Counted from the first letter of the stretch, positions 1-11,034 are shown. The stretch is 64,000 nt of DNA from Candidatus Kerfeldbacteria bacterium (GCA_043813585.1 JBDRKW010000005.1:3409-67408); one strand, 5' to 3'. Made by a program: numbers and translations. Notes: a model not told the origin generated them from the sequence alone.

Positions 1-2
1 TT

Positions 3-1586
3 ATCAAAGTCCAGTCGCAAAAAGGCGTCGAACGCGACGAGATTGAACGCGCGCTCATTGAAAACGGCTGGGAAAAAAGCGACATTGACGAAGCAATGGC
101 GTCGTCCGGCCTCGCTTCTTCATCCGCATCAGAACCTGTTGCGGCTCCAAAAGAACCGATGCAACCCGCGGCGCAGCCTCTGGCAGAAATAAAGCCGGTA
201 CTGCCGGCAACGCCTCCGATAATGGAAGAACCGATCGATATTTTAGATACGACCAGCGGTCCGGCAGCCGATCTGCAGCTCCCAGGGACGCCCGCAAAAG
301 CTGCAACGCCTGCTTCTGAAGAAGCGCTTTCACAATCACTGTCAACAGCGACGGCAACGGCGACGGCAGCAATGCCAAAAACCCAGAAGCCGGAGTATGT
401 CTCGGGCCTGAGCAGGAAGAGCAAAGGACTTCTCGTTACCGTAGCGGTGGTCCTGTTGCTCAGTATTGGCGGAGGATCAGTATATGCGTATTACTACCTG
501 TACGCTTCGCCGGCGCGCATCATGAAAAATACAATGGAGAATGTCGCAAACCTCAGTTCCGCGAACTTCATTGTTGATGTATCTGTCATGGAGCTGGACG
601 GCGCTCCGCAGGATCCGGCAGCGAGATTCAATATTACAGGCGCGCTGGAAGGGTTAACCGGTTCAACGCCGCTTCAGGGGTTTGGCACGCTTGTCGTTGC
701 TGCCCCGGGAGCCGATAAATTATCCATCGAACTCCGGTTGGTCCAGCAGATGCTCTATGTCAAGGCGGCGGCCTCCGATAACGCAATCTCCGGACTGCCG
801 TTTCCGGACAGCTGGCTGCAAATTGACGCCAACTCTGCAAAACAGCTGTTCGGCGAATCGAACCCTGTGATTGAAGTTGTTGATGAAGACGGAACACAGC
901 AGCTGTCAGAAGAGGACCGCACCCTGTTGGTGCAGGCGTTCCGCAATGCGTCGATCATCACGATCACCGGAAAAGCGGGCGAAGAGGACATTATGGGCAC
1001 CAATACATCAATACTCACATTTGAGATCGACAAAGAGGGGCTGAAAGCGTTCGTCACCGAAATCTCACCGCTGCTCATGAAGTACGCGGAGTTCACGCAG
1101 GAACAGGTGACAGGCCTTCGTGCCGGCATTGATGAAATGGAGATGACCACCGGCAAGCTCTGGATTGATACGTCGAATTTCCAGCTCTATCAGGTGCAGA
1201 CAGTGAAGCCGATGAAAGATGCGAACGGCAACGTGAAGGAACAGACCGTCACGACTGTTACGCTCTGGAACCATAACGATCCGGTTGACGTACAGGTGCC
1301 TGAAGACGCCGTATCGCTTGAAGAGTATTTCAAACAACTCGGGATTTTCCTTTCGGAAGAGATTGGAAGCGCAATAGAGGAGACCCCGGAATTATTGCCG
1401 GGCCTGGAGGAAGAACCCAATAAGCCGGTTAAAGAAACAGACACGGACGGCGACGGCCTGAGCGATTCTGATGAACAGAAATACGGGTCTGACATCAACA
1501 ATCCGGATTCAGACGGCGACGGCTTCCTGGACGGGGAAGAAGTAGAAAACGGCTACAATCCAAACGGACCGGGCAAGCTCAAATAA
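3..1586 (+). CDS. Membrane-anchored surface protein (5'-truncated by the window edge) with LppX/LprAFG-like central domain and C-terminal DxDxDG Ca-binding repeats
   Basis: Frame is open upstream of ATG 96 to the window start (IKVQSQKGVERDEIERALIENGW...); Pro/Ala-rich linker, one TM helix, C-terminal DTDGDGLSD/DSDGDGFLDGEE...GYNPNG. Confidence 0.75.
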   Translation: MKVQSQKGVERDEIERALIENGWEKSDIDEAMASSGLASSSASEPVAAPKEPMQPAAQPLAEIKPVLPATPPIMEEPIDILDTTSGPAADLQLPGTPAKAATPASEEALSQSLSTATATATAAMPKTQKPEYVSGLSRKSKGLLVTVAVVLLLSIGGGSVYAYYYLYASPARIMKNTMENVANLSSANFIVDVSVMELDGAPQDPAARFNITGALEGLTGSTPLQGFGTLVVAAPGADKLSIELRLVQQMLYVKAAASDNAISGLPFPDSWLQIDANSAKQLFGESNPVIEVVDEDGTQQLSEEDRTLLVQAFRNASIITITGKAGEEDIMGTNTSILTFEIDKEGLKAFVTEISPLLMKYAEFTQEQVTGLRAGIDEMEMTTGKLWIDTSNFQLYQVQTVKPMKDANGNVKEQTVTTVTLWNHNDPVDVQVPEDAVSLEEYFKQLGIFLSEEIGSAIEETPELLPGLEEEPNKPVKETDTDGDGLSDSDEQKYGSDINNPDSDGDGFLDGEEVENGYNPNGPGKLK

Positions 1587-1588
1587 TT

Positions 1589-1616
1589 AACAGCCCCTTC
1601 GCGGGGCTGTTTTTTT
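1589..1616 (+). terminator. Intrinsic terminator
   Basis: AACAGCCCC-TTCGC-GGGGCTGTT followed by a T-tract, between convergent genes. Confidence 0.85.
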
Positions 1617-1626
1617 GTTGCTCTTC

Positions 1627-3579
1627 TTATTCTGCGTCGATGCGCATGAGGTGTTCGATCAGCGTTCCTTTGATTCGTTTCTTCTTATGCTTCAAGCGAA
1701 TGAGGAACGAATGCACCTCGCTCTGTACGCCGGCAGACAGCTGCGGCAATTCAATCTCTGCCTGAATGGTTACATACTCACCCGGTTGGACCTTCTGTTG
1801 GAGAAACGCGACCGCAATTCCGTTGACCATCAGTTTGGTCTTCTTGTTCCAGTTTTGGATGCCGTCATTCAGGAACGTAAACGTTGCCGTGACGGTCGAA
1901 CCGGAGTAGGCGACTATCGGCAGGGTGTGCTCCGCAAGCTCTCCGCGCAGCACATGCGTAAACCGCAGCTTCCGCGTAGCGTTCGTCTTCTTGACTTTAG
2001 CACCCTCGTCAAACACCTTGAAGAACAATTTCCGCTGCTTATATTTGTTCGGCGTTTTAATGACAAAATGGAACGATCCTTTTTCACCGGGCGCAACCGT
2101 TTCCTCAACCATCGCAATCTTGCCCAGGGAATCCGGCCAGCTGTTCTGCCGCAATGAGGTCGGGCGTTTTCCTGAACCGTTGTAGATCTTCAGTTTCGTT
2201 TCGCCCTGTACCCATGTTTCCGTGCCGGTATTCTTATAGCGAACGGTTATTTCATATCGGCTTCCGGCTACCAGGTTCAGCCTGTCCTGCTTAATTGTTC
2301 CGCCGAGCTTATACACATTCATATCAATAAAGGTGCCTTCCAGCGGGGGTGTAATGGCCGCTTCATATTGCTCCTGCGACAATGTGCGTATCGTACCAAG
2401 GTCATCCTGGAGCTCGCTGCCTGGACAATAGGTGGCATCCAGGTCGCGGTGGCCGACGATGCGTTTTGTCGTGGTGCCCTGAAGGGTTGTATATGATTTT
2501 GGCTGGATACCGAATGCTGCTGCCTTTGCACCAATCAGTTGACCGAGCGCTTGCTCCATTTCAGGGGTCACTTCATGCGTCGTATAGCATGCGCCGGGAG
2601 TGGATTCGAAGCATCCCATGATGGCAATGCCTACAGAGCCCTCATTGAAGTTAATATTGTTGCTGCTGTCGAAGGTATGGCCGCCGATAACGCCATCCCC
2701 GCCGGTTCGGCCCTCGTAAATGTTGCCCTGCGGGTCGATGATGTAGTTGTATCCAATATCGCCCCAGCCCAGAACCTTAGCATGCCAGTAGTAGATGGCG
2801 CGAACAGACGCAGAAGGGTCATCCCCGCCGTCCGTGCCGGCCGTATGGTGCACAATAAACGCTCGAGGGTCCAGGTACTCTGCAGGCCACTTCACGCTGC
2901 CTGTTGATGTTTCGCGATACGACTCGTCCGCGCCCCATTCTTCGCGCGAAATGATATGCAACCCGCCGTCTTTGCTGTCTGCGGTTGTGGCAGCCGCTGT
3001 TCCGCGAACCGATGGCTCCGGCGACGCGGTATTGATATAGATAATCTCCGCAGATTCCAGGACAGGGCTTGCGCCCGAAGGCAGGCGGTTCAGTTTCACG
3101 GAGAGGACGAACGATTCCGGATCCTCCACCATGACCGGCCGCGTAATATACAGGTCCGCCGGCAGCGAGTCCTTCAGGTCTTCACCAAGCGGAGGCAGTA
3201 CGCGCGATATCGTACCGTCGGCGCTTCTGATTTCAACTGCCAGTTCAATCGCTTCATTGCCCGGCATGAGGTCGCGGATATCCGGCCCTGTCAGTTTTAC
3301 GCCAATGGCGTTGAACGGGAAGTCCGGGGTATATGTTCCGGTTGTGAATGTCAGCGACTGTTCGCCTTCAGGTACTTCCAGCCGGGAAGCTTCTGCCATT
3401 GAAAAACGCCCGTCAGAAGCAGGCGTTGAAAAGTTGATTGGAATGGAACCTTCAGCAATACCGGGGGAAGCAGCGTACGCAGGAGGGGGAAGCACGGTGA
3501 ACAGCGCCGCGCACGCAACGAGAGCAACCGCAGATCGTGCGTTAAATAGGCTGTTTATATTGAAGATACCGACATTCAT
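1627..3579 (-). CDS. N-acetylmuramoyl-L-alanine amidase (Amidase_2/PGRP-like) with C-terminal Ig-like (NBR1-type) domains
   Basis: Signal peptide; IISREEWGA, VHHTAG, GWGDIGYNY, IYEGR, GHRD...CPG; YKNTGTETW Ig-like motif. Confidence 0.9.
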   Translation of the reverse strand: MNVGIFNINSLFNARSAVALVACAALFTVLPPPAYAASPGIAEGSIPINFSTPASDGRFSMAEASRLEVPEGEQSLTFTTGTYTPDFPFNAIGVKLTGPDIRDLMPGNEAIELAVEIRSADGTISRVLPPLGEDLKDSLPADLYITRPVMVEDPESFVLSVKLNRLPSGASPVLESAEIIYINTASPEPSVRGTAAATTADSKDGGLHIISREEWGADESYRETSTGSVKWPAEYLDPRAFIVHHTAGTDGGDDPSASVRAIYYWHAKVLGWGDIGYNYIIDPQGNIYEGRTGGDGVIGGHTFDSSNNINFNEGSVGIAIMGCFESTPGACYTTHEVTPEMEQALGQLIGAKAAAFGIQPKSYTTLQGTTTKRIVGHRDLDATYCPGSELQDDLGTIRTLSQEQYEAAITPPLEGTFIDMNVYKLGGTIKQDRLNLVAGSRYEITVRYKNTGTETWVQGETKLKIYNGSGKRPTSLRQNSWPDSLGKIAMVEETVAPGEKGSFHFVIKTPNKYKQRKLFFKVFDEGAKVKKTNATRKLRFTHVLRGELAEHTLPIVAYSGSTVTATFTFLNDGIQNWNKKTKLMVNGIAVAFLQQKVQPGEYVTIQAEIELPQLSAGVQSEVHSFLIRLKHKKKRIKGTLIEHLMRIDAE

Positions 3580-3697
3580 ATACCCTTGTATTTTTATTTT
3601 GTGTACCTAGTAGTATACCGCAAAAACGAGAGTTTGTCGACCCCAATAATAAAACATTGACTACAATTTGTGTTCACCCCTATTTTCGCTTCTCCTA

Positions 3698-4948
3698 TTA
3701 TTGAGAGAGTGCGCGTTCAGACCCCGTGGTGCGAGTGGAAACAACCAGCACCCCGAGCCAGGTCCAGAACAGGACAGCCAGGTCGTTCTTGAAGAACGGA
3801 ACGTCGACCAGGCCGTACACAAGAAAGCAGGCCATGACCCCAAGAAGCACAGCCGTATATCCGTCAGAGCGCTTGATCGCCCGGACTGACTTTGCGGCAA
3901 CCAGCACCAGGACAGAAACAATCCATGCCAGGCCCAGGACGCCAAGCTCCACCCAGAAGTTCAGGAAGAGGTTATGCGGGTAGAGCAGCAGCTCCACGTG
4001 CGACGGCAGCCGGTAGATATCATAGACCATGGGGAACGCCGCAAGTCCGGCGCCGAAGACCGGTTGCGCCTTGAGGAGGTTGATGGTTCCTTCCCACAGC
4101 GCGAGCCGCACGTCTCCGGACACATCCTGGAACAGCAAGATCTCGCGGACCGGCTCGAACAAGAAACCAACCGCCACGCCGGCCACTGCCAGCGCAATCG
4201 CCCACCAGCGCCACTTACTGAACAGCGCCATTACGACCGTGCCGGCTGCGACCGCGATGAACGCGCCTTCGACGCGCGCGGCAATGAGGGCAAAGAGCAA
4301 AAAGAGGATCAGGGACAGGACAAAAAGGACATTACTCTTGGTAAAAAACTTCACGTGGAAGAGCAAACCGATGAACAGCGTCAGTATAGGCGCAATGTAG
4401 AGGCCGACCGCGTTCGGATAGCCGTAAAAAGCGGTGGCGCGGCGGTCCGGCAGGTCATGCCACGGGTCCGGGATGCCCCAGCCGGTCGCATATTGCGCGC
4501 CCGCGGCAAGTGCGACCACGAATGCGGAGATTCCAAGCGCCCAAAAGCATAAACGGAGGTCTTCCTTTGACTTCACAGTATGGATAAAGACAAAAAAGTA
4601 TAAAATCGGTTCCAGGATATAGGCCTTAAAGATGCCGGCCCCCGCGCGCAGGTCCGGAGTGACAATCATGCCGAACACGCCGGCAATGACCAGCAGCGCA
4701 ACAGCCACATACCACCATTCAATCCTGCTCGGCGCCCTCAATGAAGACCGGTCCTGCACGAGAAATACCACAAACAGCGTCAGGATAAGCACTTCCAGCA
4801 TCGTCATCGGCAGCAAGCCGAATAATTCAAACCGCACCAGATAGGTCGGCAGCAGCAGCAGGACAAACGCCACGCCCCACAAGCGGTGTTTGGTGCTGAT
4901 GGCGACCAATACGGCCGCAGCGATTAATGATGCTGCAAATGCGATCAT
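3698..4948 (-). CDS. O-antigen ligase/Wzy_C family membrane protein
   Basis: Multi-TM; RATAFYGYPNAVG, R..LW, PVFGAG, YPHNLFLNFWVELG. Confidence 0.85.
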   Translation of the reverse strand: MIAFAASLIAAAVLVAISTKHRLWGVAFVLLLLPTYLVRFELFGLLPMTMLEVLILTLFVVFLVQDRSSLRAPSRIEWWYVAVALLVIAGVFGMIVTPDLRAGAGIFKAYILEPILYFFVFIHTVKSKEDLRLCFWALGISAFVVALAAGAQYATGWGIPDPWHDLPDRRATAFYGYPNAVGLYIAPILTLFIGLLFHVKFFTKSNVLFVLSLILFLLFALIAARVEGAFIAVAAGTVVMALFSKWRWWAIALAVAGVAVGFLFEPVREILLFQDVSGDVRLALWEGTINLLKAQPVFGAGLAAFPMVYDIYRLPSHVELLLYPHNLFLNFWVELGVLGLAWIVSVLVLVAAKSVRAIKRSDGYTAVLLGVMACFLVYGLVDVPFFKNDLAVLFWTWLGVLVVSTRTTGSERALSQ

Positions 4949-6378
4949 GCGCGTTTTTTATGCAGGACCATATTTTGCAGGGCAATGAGCATGCCGATCA
5001 CAAACCAGATATGGACGATGTATAAAATCGAAAAGGTATTGTACTGCACAAGGATCCCTACAAACGCGGCAAAGAAGGCAACAAGGACTGTTTTAATATA
5101 CGGGTCAGCCTTAACTGTCAGCGCTTTCACGGAACGGATGATAACAACAAGAAATACTGCCACCATGGCCGCAAAACCGAGAGTGCCGTTTTCAGCCAGC
5201 AGTTCAAGGTATTCGTTGTTGACGATGCGCCAGCCCTGTTCCGGCACCACAAGCGGATGCCAGCTCTCGAACGGACCAAAGCTGCCGGAGCCGATGCCGA
5301 CCACCGGATGCTGTCGCCACGCCTCTTCCGCGACAGAAAACATGTCTACGCGCTCGGAAAACGAGGCGCCTTCAAACACGCCCGACACATGGCCCAGAAA
5401 TTGCGTCGAAATCACGTCAAACCCGATCACCTGGGTCACCAGAACAATGCCTGCAATGCCCGCCGCAGCAGCATAGAACAGGTTGCGCCAGGTAAACAGC
5501 TTCAACTGGAAGAAATAATACGCAAGAAGAACAAGCGCGCTCGCCGCAAACCCGATGTAGCCGCCGCGTGCGACAGTCAGCACCAGGTTCACAAGCCCGA
5601 GGCCGAACAATCCGATCACCATCCACGATTTCATCGAGCGGTCCCGCGCAAGAAAGAGCGAAAGCAGCACAGACAGCGGAACAAGCAGGTAGTTTGCAAA
5701 ATAGAGCGGCTCCAGCGCGGTGGACTGAACGCGCGGGAAGCCGAGTATCTCTTTCGTGTACAGCTCGCGCAGGCCGGTGATTTCCGGCGGCAGGCCGATG
5801 ATATCGCCGACAAACTGGTACAGCCCAAACAGCGTCACCAACAGCATGGAGAAGAAGAAAAACTGCAGCATCCGTTCCACGACCTCCTTCTTCTTCACGA
5901 CAAACGGAATCATGATGCCGATAAAAAAGGTGAAGATCGTAAACCCGGTGACCATAACGGAGCGCTCCAGGTTCGGGGCGTTCAGCAGGCCAAACAGCTG
6001 GATAATGACGAACAGCGCCAGCGGGAGCGCGATGGGGATGCGCGGAAGCGGGAATTTTTTCCTGCCAAGGTTGTATAGGACAACAGATATAATGACAAGC
6101 AGGGCCGTCACCTGCGACGGACGCACCGTCACGCCGGCAATGTCATACGAGCCCAGCCGTTCAAACGGAATAAAAAACACAAACAGGTACAGGCCGTGCC
6201 AGGGGTTCTCCAGGATAACCATGGCCAGCGCGACCGTCCCGAGCCCGGCAAAGATCCAGAACGGATCGACGCGCCAGCTCAAGAACCCGAGCAGCAGCAC
6301 GAGGCCGCCCAAAAGAAGAAGGGTGAAGACCGTCCGCGCCCGCAGGTATTCAAGTATTTTTTTTACTGCGGCATTCAT
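4945..6378 (-). CDS. O-antigen ligase/Wzy_C family membrane protein
   Basis: Multi-TM; PRVQSTALEPLYFANYL, ARGG, HPVVGIGSG, NNEYLELLAENG; 4-nt overlap with the next gene. Confidence 0.85.
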   Translation of the reverse strand: MNAAVKKILEYLRARTVFTLLLLGGLVLLLGFLSWRVDPFWIFAGLGTVALAMVILENPWHGLYLFVFFIPFERLGSYDIAGVTVRPSQVTALLVIISVVLYNLGRKKFPLPRIPIALPLALFVIIQLFGLLNAPNLERSVMVTGFTIFTFFIGIMIPFVVKKKEVVERMLQFFFFSMLLVTLFGLYQFVGDIIGLPPEITGLRELYTKEILGFPRVQSTALEPLYFANYLLVPLSVLLSLFLARDRSMKSWMVIGLFGLGLVNLVLTVARGGYIGFAASALVLLAYYFFQLKLFTWRNLFYAAAAGIAGIVLVTQVIGFDVISTQFLGHVSGVFEGASFSERVDMFSVAEEAWRQHPVVGIGSGSFGPFESWHPLVVPEQGWRIVNNEYLELLAENGTLGFAAMVAVFLVVIIRSVKALTVKADPYIKTVLVAFFAAFVGILVQYNTFSILYIVHIWFVIGMLIALQNMVLHKKRA

Positions 6379-7448
6379 GAGCCCAGGACAGAGTCAAATA
6401 ACAAAAGCGTCTTGCGTGCCGTTTCGTGCCAGGAGAACTTCTTTGCCTGCTCAACCGACTTCCGCTGCATCTCGCTGCGGATTTCCGTGTTGTTAAAGAG
6501 AAGGTTCATGCGCTCGCGGATCGAGTCCACTTCGTACGGGTCAAACAGCACGCCGGCTTCGCCAACCACTTCCGGCAGCGACGAGTTCTGCGAAACGGCA
6601 ACAGGCGCGCCGCACTTCATCGCTTCCAGCGCGGGAAGGCCGAACCCCTCGTAGATCGACGGCATCACAAAGAACAGGCAGGCGTTGTACAGCGCGAGCA
6701 GCTGCTCGGACGAAACATAGTCCAGGCAGATCACGGTGTTCTGCAAATGGTATTTGCGGATTTTCTCGTACACGCTGTCGTAGTTCCATCCTTTCTTACC
6801 GACCAGGACGAGCTTCGCGTCGCTGCGGTCCGCATAGACGAACGCCTCCAGCAGGCGTCCGAAATTCTTGCGCGGCTCCAGCGTGCCGACGCTCAAGACA
6901 AACGGCGCTTCAACTTCCGCATCGCGTAACTGCTGTTCAATCCACTGTATGTCGCGGACGATATGGAAATCTTCAGAAGCGGCCGGGTAGATAACCTCTG
7001 TTTTGGCTTTATCGATACCCAGGTGAGTGACGATATCATCGCGCGTGTGTTCGGAGATGCACGCCAGCCTGGCCGCGCGCTTCATCGAGTTGGGAAGGAT
7101 ATTCGACCAATACCGCCGCGCCGGCCCGGAAAAATGGTCGGCATACAGCACGCCGAAAATATCATGCGCCGTCATCACAACCGGTTTGCGGAACCGGGGC
7201 GCGGAAAACGCCGGCACGAACAGTGCGTCCACGCGCTTCATGCGCGCGGCAAGCGGCAGGCCGACCTGGTCCCACAAAATCCGCTTTGGCGTATTCAGGT
7301 CTTTTTTAATGAAGTTGATCTCCTCAAACGTATAATCGCGCGACTGTTTCTTCATCTCGGACACGACATGGTCAACGTAAAAACCAAGACCGGTTTTCTG
7401 GCCGACAGCCGCAGCCATGTCAACACCAATGCGCGCATTAGGCATCAT
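6375..7448 (-). CDS. Glycosyltransferase family 4
   Basis: VGTLEPRKN and PSIYEGFGLPALEAMKCG motifs. Confidence 0.95.
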   Translation of the reverse strand: MMPNARIGVDMAAAVGQKTGLGFYVDHVVSEMKKQSRDYTFEEINFIKKDLNTPKRILWDQVGLPLAARMKRVDALFVPAFSAPRFRKPVVMTAHDIFGVLYADHFSGPARRYWSNILPNSMKRAARLACISEHTRDDIVTHLGIDKAKTEVIYPAASEDFHIVRDIQWIEQQLRDAEVEAPFVLSVGTLEPRKNFGRLLEAFVYADRSDAKLVLVGKKGWNYDSVYEKIRKYHLQNTVICLDYVSSEQLLALYNACLFFVMPSIYEGFGLPALEAMKCGAPVAVSQNSSLPEVVGEAGVLFDPYEVDSIRERMNLLFNNTEIRSEMQRKSVEQAKKFSWHETARKTLLLFDSVLGS

Positions 7449-8934
7449 TTTTTTTGAGGCTGGTTAGGCTCCTCACATCTTTAATCGATAAGCCGCGGGA
7501 GAGAAACAGCAGTAAGACGTACACAAGGCCGCCGGCCGGTACGGCAATAGCAAGCGTATAGACCGCAGCCCACGTCGGATTGGCAAAAGAAAAGAGGATA
7601 TCCCGGCAGACCGGCGCCAGGTAGGCAAGCAGCAGGAACATGATTGCGGAAGAAAGCACCGCTTTCAGGAGCCGGTATAAGCTCAAGTGGACGCGCGATG
7701 TGTAGAGCACAATCCCGAGCGCTATCAGCAGGATTGCTATTTCAGAGTAGACCGTCACCCACGCCGCGCCGTAAATGGAATACCGCGGTATGAAAATGAA
7801 ATAGCCGACAAGAGATGTTACGGCCGCAAACGCATAACCAAAGATCATCGTGCGCTGCTTATCAAGCGCCACAACCAGGTAGGTGAAGAGCGTGCCCACA
7901 AAAATGGCGGCGGCCGCAACGATAAGGATGCGCAGGATCGGCACGGAATTGCCGAACTCGTTGCCGGCAATAACCTGGATAATATCCGGCGCAAGCACCA
8001 GCGTTCCCGCTATCATGGGAATAGCAATAAACGAAAGCGCATCAAACGACTTTTGCAGCATCCGCCTGAACCGTTCCGTGTCCGCGGTTTTCCATGCGTT
8101 GGTAATGACCGGCAGTACCAGTCCCGCAAACATCGCGGGGAACGTGATCATGACTTCCAATATCTTATACGGCGCACCGTACCAGCCAACCACCTGCTCG
8201 CTTTCAAAAAAGGTCAATATCACCGTGTCACCCTTGAAGTACATCAGCCCGAAGAAGATCGACAGCGCGATCGGCCATGCTTCCTTTATAATCTCTTTGG
8301 TCAGCGCCCAGTCCAGCGTGAACCGCAGCTTGATGTATTTGCGCGATGCCAAAAAGTTCACTAAAAAGTTCGTACCGCTCGAGACCACCCGCGTGGCCAT
8401 CACCCATATCAGGTCCAGCCCGGCCCAGATGACGTTGAGCGTGGCAAACAGTAATACCGCTTTGCCCGCGAGTTCCGCAAGCGCGATCCAGTCCGTGCGC
8501 AGGAACTTCTGGAAAATGCCGGACAGCAGCTGGTTCAGCGAAACAAAGAGGAAGAAAAAGGTCGTCAGCGCGATACTGGTGATAATTTCCGGCGTATACA
8601 GCCCGTTCCAGAAACTGATGATCCATGCGGCCAGCGGGGCAAGCGCCAGCACGCCAATACCGGAGATGACGCGCAGGGTGAAGATATTGCTGGCTGTTTT
8701 CGTGCTGTTGTCGTCGAGCACCGCCAGCTTCTTGATCATAATGATGTACAGCCCGAAATCCATCAGGATCCCGAAGACCTGCAGGAACGCGACAATGGTC
8801 GTGTATTTGCCGAACCCGGCATCGCCGAGGTAGCGGAGCACGAACCCGGCCGCAATCAAAGAAAGGACGGTGCCGATCAGCTTGCCGCCCACTTGTATTG
8901 CCGTGTTTTGTGCTATTTTTCGTGCAACAGACAT
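7438..8934 (-). CDS. Polysaccharide flippase (Wzx/MATE-like)
   Basis: Start reassigned to ATG 8934 (MSVARKIAQNT); RYLG..FG.Y, DFGL, VGWY motifs; about 12-14 TM. Confidence 0.9.
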   Translation of the reverse strand: MSVARKIAQNTAIQVGGKLIGTVLSLIAAGFVLRYLGDAGFGKYTTIVAFLQVFGILMDFGLYIIMIKKLAVLDDNSTKTASNIFTLRVISGIGVLALAPLAAWIISFWNGLYTPEIITSIALTTFFFLFVSLNQLLSGIFQKFLRTDWIALAELAGKAVLLFATLNVIWAGLDLIWVMATRVVSSGTNFLVNFLASRKYIKLRFTLDWALTKEIIKEAWPIALSIFFGLMYFKGDTVILTFFESEQVVGWYGAPYKILEVMITFPAMFAGLVLPVITNAWKTADTERFRRMLQKSFDALSFIAIPMIAGTLVLAPDIIQVIAGNEFGNSVPILRILIVAAAAIFVGTLFTYLVVALDKQRTMIFGYAFAAVTSLVGYFIFIPRYSIYGAAWVTVYSEIAILLIALGIVLYTSRVHLSLYRLLKAVLSSAIMFLLLAYLAPVCRDILFSFANPTWAAVYTLAIAVPAGGLVYVLLLFLSRGLSIKDVRSLTSLKKNDA

Positions 8935-9065
8935 AGTAAAAATCGGCTGGATAATACCATTTACGGCACGTCGAGTCAACCGAAACACCTTGACATCAGG
9001 GCTGATTTTTATTACACAGAGTGCGCAATATCGGCAAACCTCAATATAGGAAAGGGAGGTGTACA

Positions 9066-9878
9066 TTGGAACCGAATATCAGGAACGAAGGACCGTTCGT
9101 CGCTCTTCATGCGCCCAGCGGCTTCATCGACGGGGACCCGAACGCGCTCGCCCAGGCGGCGATCGACCTGTGGTCGTACCGCGGGGAGAGCGAGCACATC
9201 CGCAACCCGGCGCCGCAGCTGCCCGTGCCGCCCGAGAGCGGCGGACCGGACACGATCCAGCAGTGGATCGACCGGTGCCGCACTCTGTACGCGGGTTGGA
9301 TCGAGAACTGGATCATGGGCAAGGGCAGCGCTGCGGAGTCCATCCGGATGCGGGTGAGTGAGCAGCACAACGCCCTGGTGTTGGAGCGCGGACCGTTCGG
9401 CCAGGCAGTGAACCAGCAGATGCTCGCGGACCAGGCGTACGTCGAGTGCGTGGTCTACGTCAAGGTGGTGATCTGGCCGTGGCGGGTGATGGTGCACTGG
9501 AACACCGGCACCGGGTTCCAGGAGCCGGCGGTCCTGCCTGTGGCGCAGAAGCTCGGCCCGCACTGGCGCAGGATCGAGAAGTGGTCGGACCCGGCCGTGC
9601 TCGCCACCAAGACGGTCTTCATCCGCTGCCAGGCCGACCAGTCCATGTCGCCGACGTGGGACAAGGAGACGGGGCGTGCCGTCTGGCGGGTGTGCCCTGG
9701 TCCCGACCAGATCGTCTGGGACATCGTCTGGGACGCGCGCGTCGGAGGCATTGCGCTTCTCAACAACGGCTGGCTCGCAGTCACGGTTCCCCAGTTCATA
9801 CTGGGCGAGCTGACCTACGTCATCCTGGTGGACGGGACGGTCGAGGTGGACGCTTCCCCGTTCATCCAGGTCATCTGA
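9066..9878 (+). CDS. Hypothetical protein (GC-rich orphan)
   Basis: Strong GC3 bias in this frame; GGGAGGT SD (9054-9060) before TTG 9066; TTGACA at 8990. Confidence 0.65.
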   Translation: MEPNIRNEGPFVALHAPSGFIDGDPNALAQAAIDLWSYRGESEHIRNPAPQLPVPPESGGPDTIQQWIDRCRTLYAGWIENWIMGKGSAAESIRMRVSEQHNALVLERGPFGQAVNQQMLADQAYVECVVYVKVVIWPWRVMVHWNTGTGFQEPAVLPVAQKLGPHWRRIEKWSDPAVLATKTVFIRCQADQSMSPTWDKETGRAVWRVCPGPDQIVWDIVWDARVGGIALLNNGWLAVTVPQFILGELTYVILVDGTVEVDASPFIQVI

Positions 9879-9949
9879 CCAGTTCAGTGTTGTCCGACCG
9901 GAGGGGTCGCGCAGCACTTCTTTTTTTGGCGCGACATTGTTTCTCATGA

Positions 9950-9978
9950 TTGACAAACCGGCCAAAATCAGCTACAAT
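9950..9978 (+). promoter_or_regulatory. sigma70 promoter of the SpoIID-domain gene
   Basis: TTGACA-17 nt-TACAAT. Confidence 0.7.
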
Positions 9979-10003
9979 ACATACAAATAGAAACAAAACA
10001 ACA

Positions 10004-11020
10004 ATGTATTCCCGACTGAAAAGCAATACGATTCTTGCAGGTCGTGCGCTCGGTACCATGGCACTCTTAACGGGTGTTTTTTTGGTGGCGTTCTTCATCG
10101 GGGATCCGTCGTACGCTAACGCGACGCAGTTGCCCGAACCGATCTATATCCAGCGTCCGAATAATCCGGTAATGAGCGTGCTCATTGGCGAGGCAAAGGC
10201 GAAAAATAAGTTCAGCGTGAACACGCAATACGTCATCGAAGATACGGAAGGGCGGCAATTCATAATCCTGAAAGCGCACCAGCACATGAGCATCAGCTAC
10301 GAGAACGGGATGTACATTGCAAAGCGCGGCAATAATATTATGAAATCCAACAAGCCGTTGCGCGTCACGCCCGACAGCCTCAAGAAGAAGGTTACCATAA
10401 CAAATTACGAAAACCGCCCGGCCTGGAATACGGAGCTGAACGACAACGTTTTTTTCGGCAGCATCGAGGTGGTCTATTCGGAAAATACCGGCCGCCTCCT
10501 GCTGGTGAACCATATCCCGCTCGAACGGTATGTGCGCGGCATTGCCGAGGTGAGCAACTCGCATCCGAAAGCGTATTTGAAGTCGCTGCTGGTGGCTGCG
10601 CGCACCTACGCTCTTTATAACATCCTCCACCCGACCAAGCACGCAGACGAACCGTATATCCTGGACGCAACAGATAACGACCAGATCTACCGCGGCGCGA
10701 ATTTTTCAAAGCGGTCGCCGAGGGTCCGCAAAGCGCAAAAAAAGACAAGGAAGAAAGTGATCATGTACGACGGCGAACCGATCATCGCGCCGTACTTCTC
10801 CTGTTCGGACGGCCGGACACGCGCATGGTCCGAGGTCTGGAACGGCAGCTACGCCTGGGCGCAGGCAGTTGATGACCCGTGCTGCACAACGATGACGCTA
10901 TGGGGCCACGGTGTCGGCTTAAGCGGCGAAGGCGCACGCTATTTTGCGGGCGAAGGATGGGGATACAAAAAAATCCTGAAGTATTACTATTCAGGAGTCG
11001 AGATCAAGAAAGGATATTAA
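10004..11020 (+). CDS. SpoIID/LytB domain lytic transglycosylase
   Basis: LERYVRGIAE, AARTYA, DQIYRG, YFSCSDG, GHGVGLS, ILKYYY; the TTG at 9950 is the -35 box, so the start is moved to ATG 10004. Confidence 0.9.
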   Translation: MYSRLKSNTILAGRALGTMALLTGVFLVAFFIGDPSYANATQLPEPIYIQRPNNPVMSVLIGEAKAKNKFSVNTQYVIEDTEGRQFIILKAHQHMSISYENGMYIAKRGNNIMKSNKPLRVTPDSLKKKVTITNYENRPAWNTELNDNVFFGSIEVVYSENTGRLLLVNHIPLERYVRGIAEVSNSHPKAYLKSLLVAARTYALYNILHPTKHADEPYILDATDNDQIYRGANFSKRSPRVRKAQKKTRKKVIMYDGEPIIAPYFSCSDGRTRAWSEVWNGSYAWAQAVDDPCCTTMTLWGHGVGLSGEGARYFAGEGWGYKKILKYYYSGVEIKKGY

Positions 11021-11034
11021 GCGCGCAATAACAC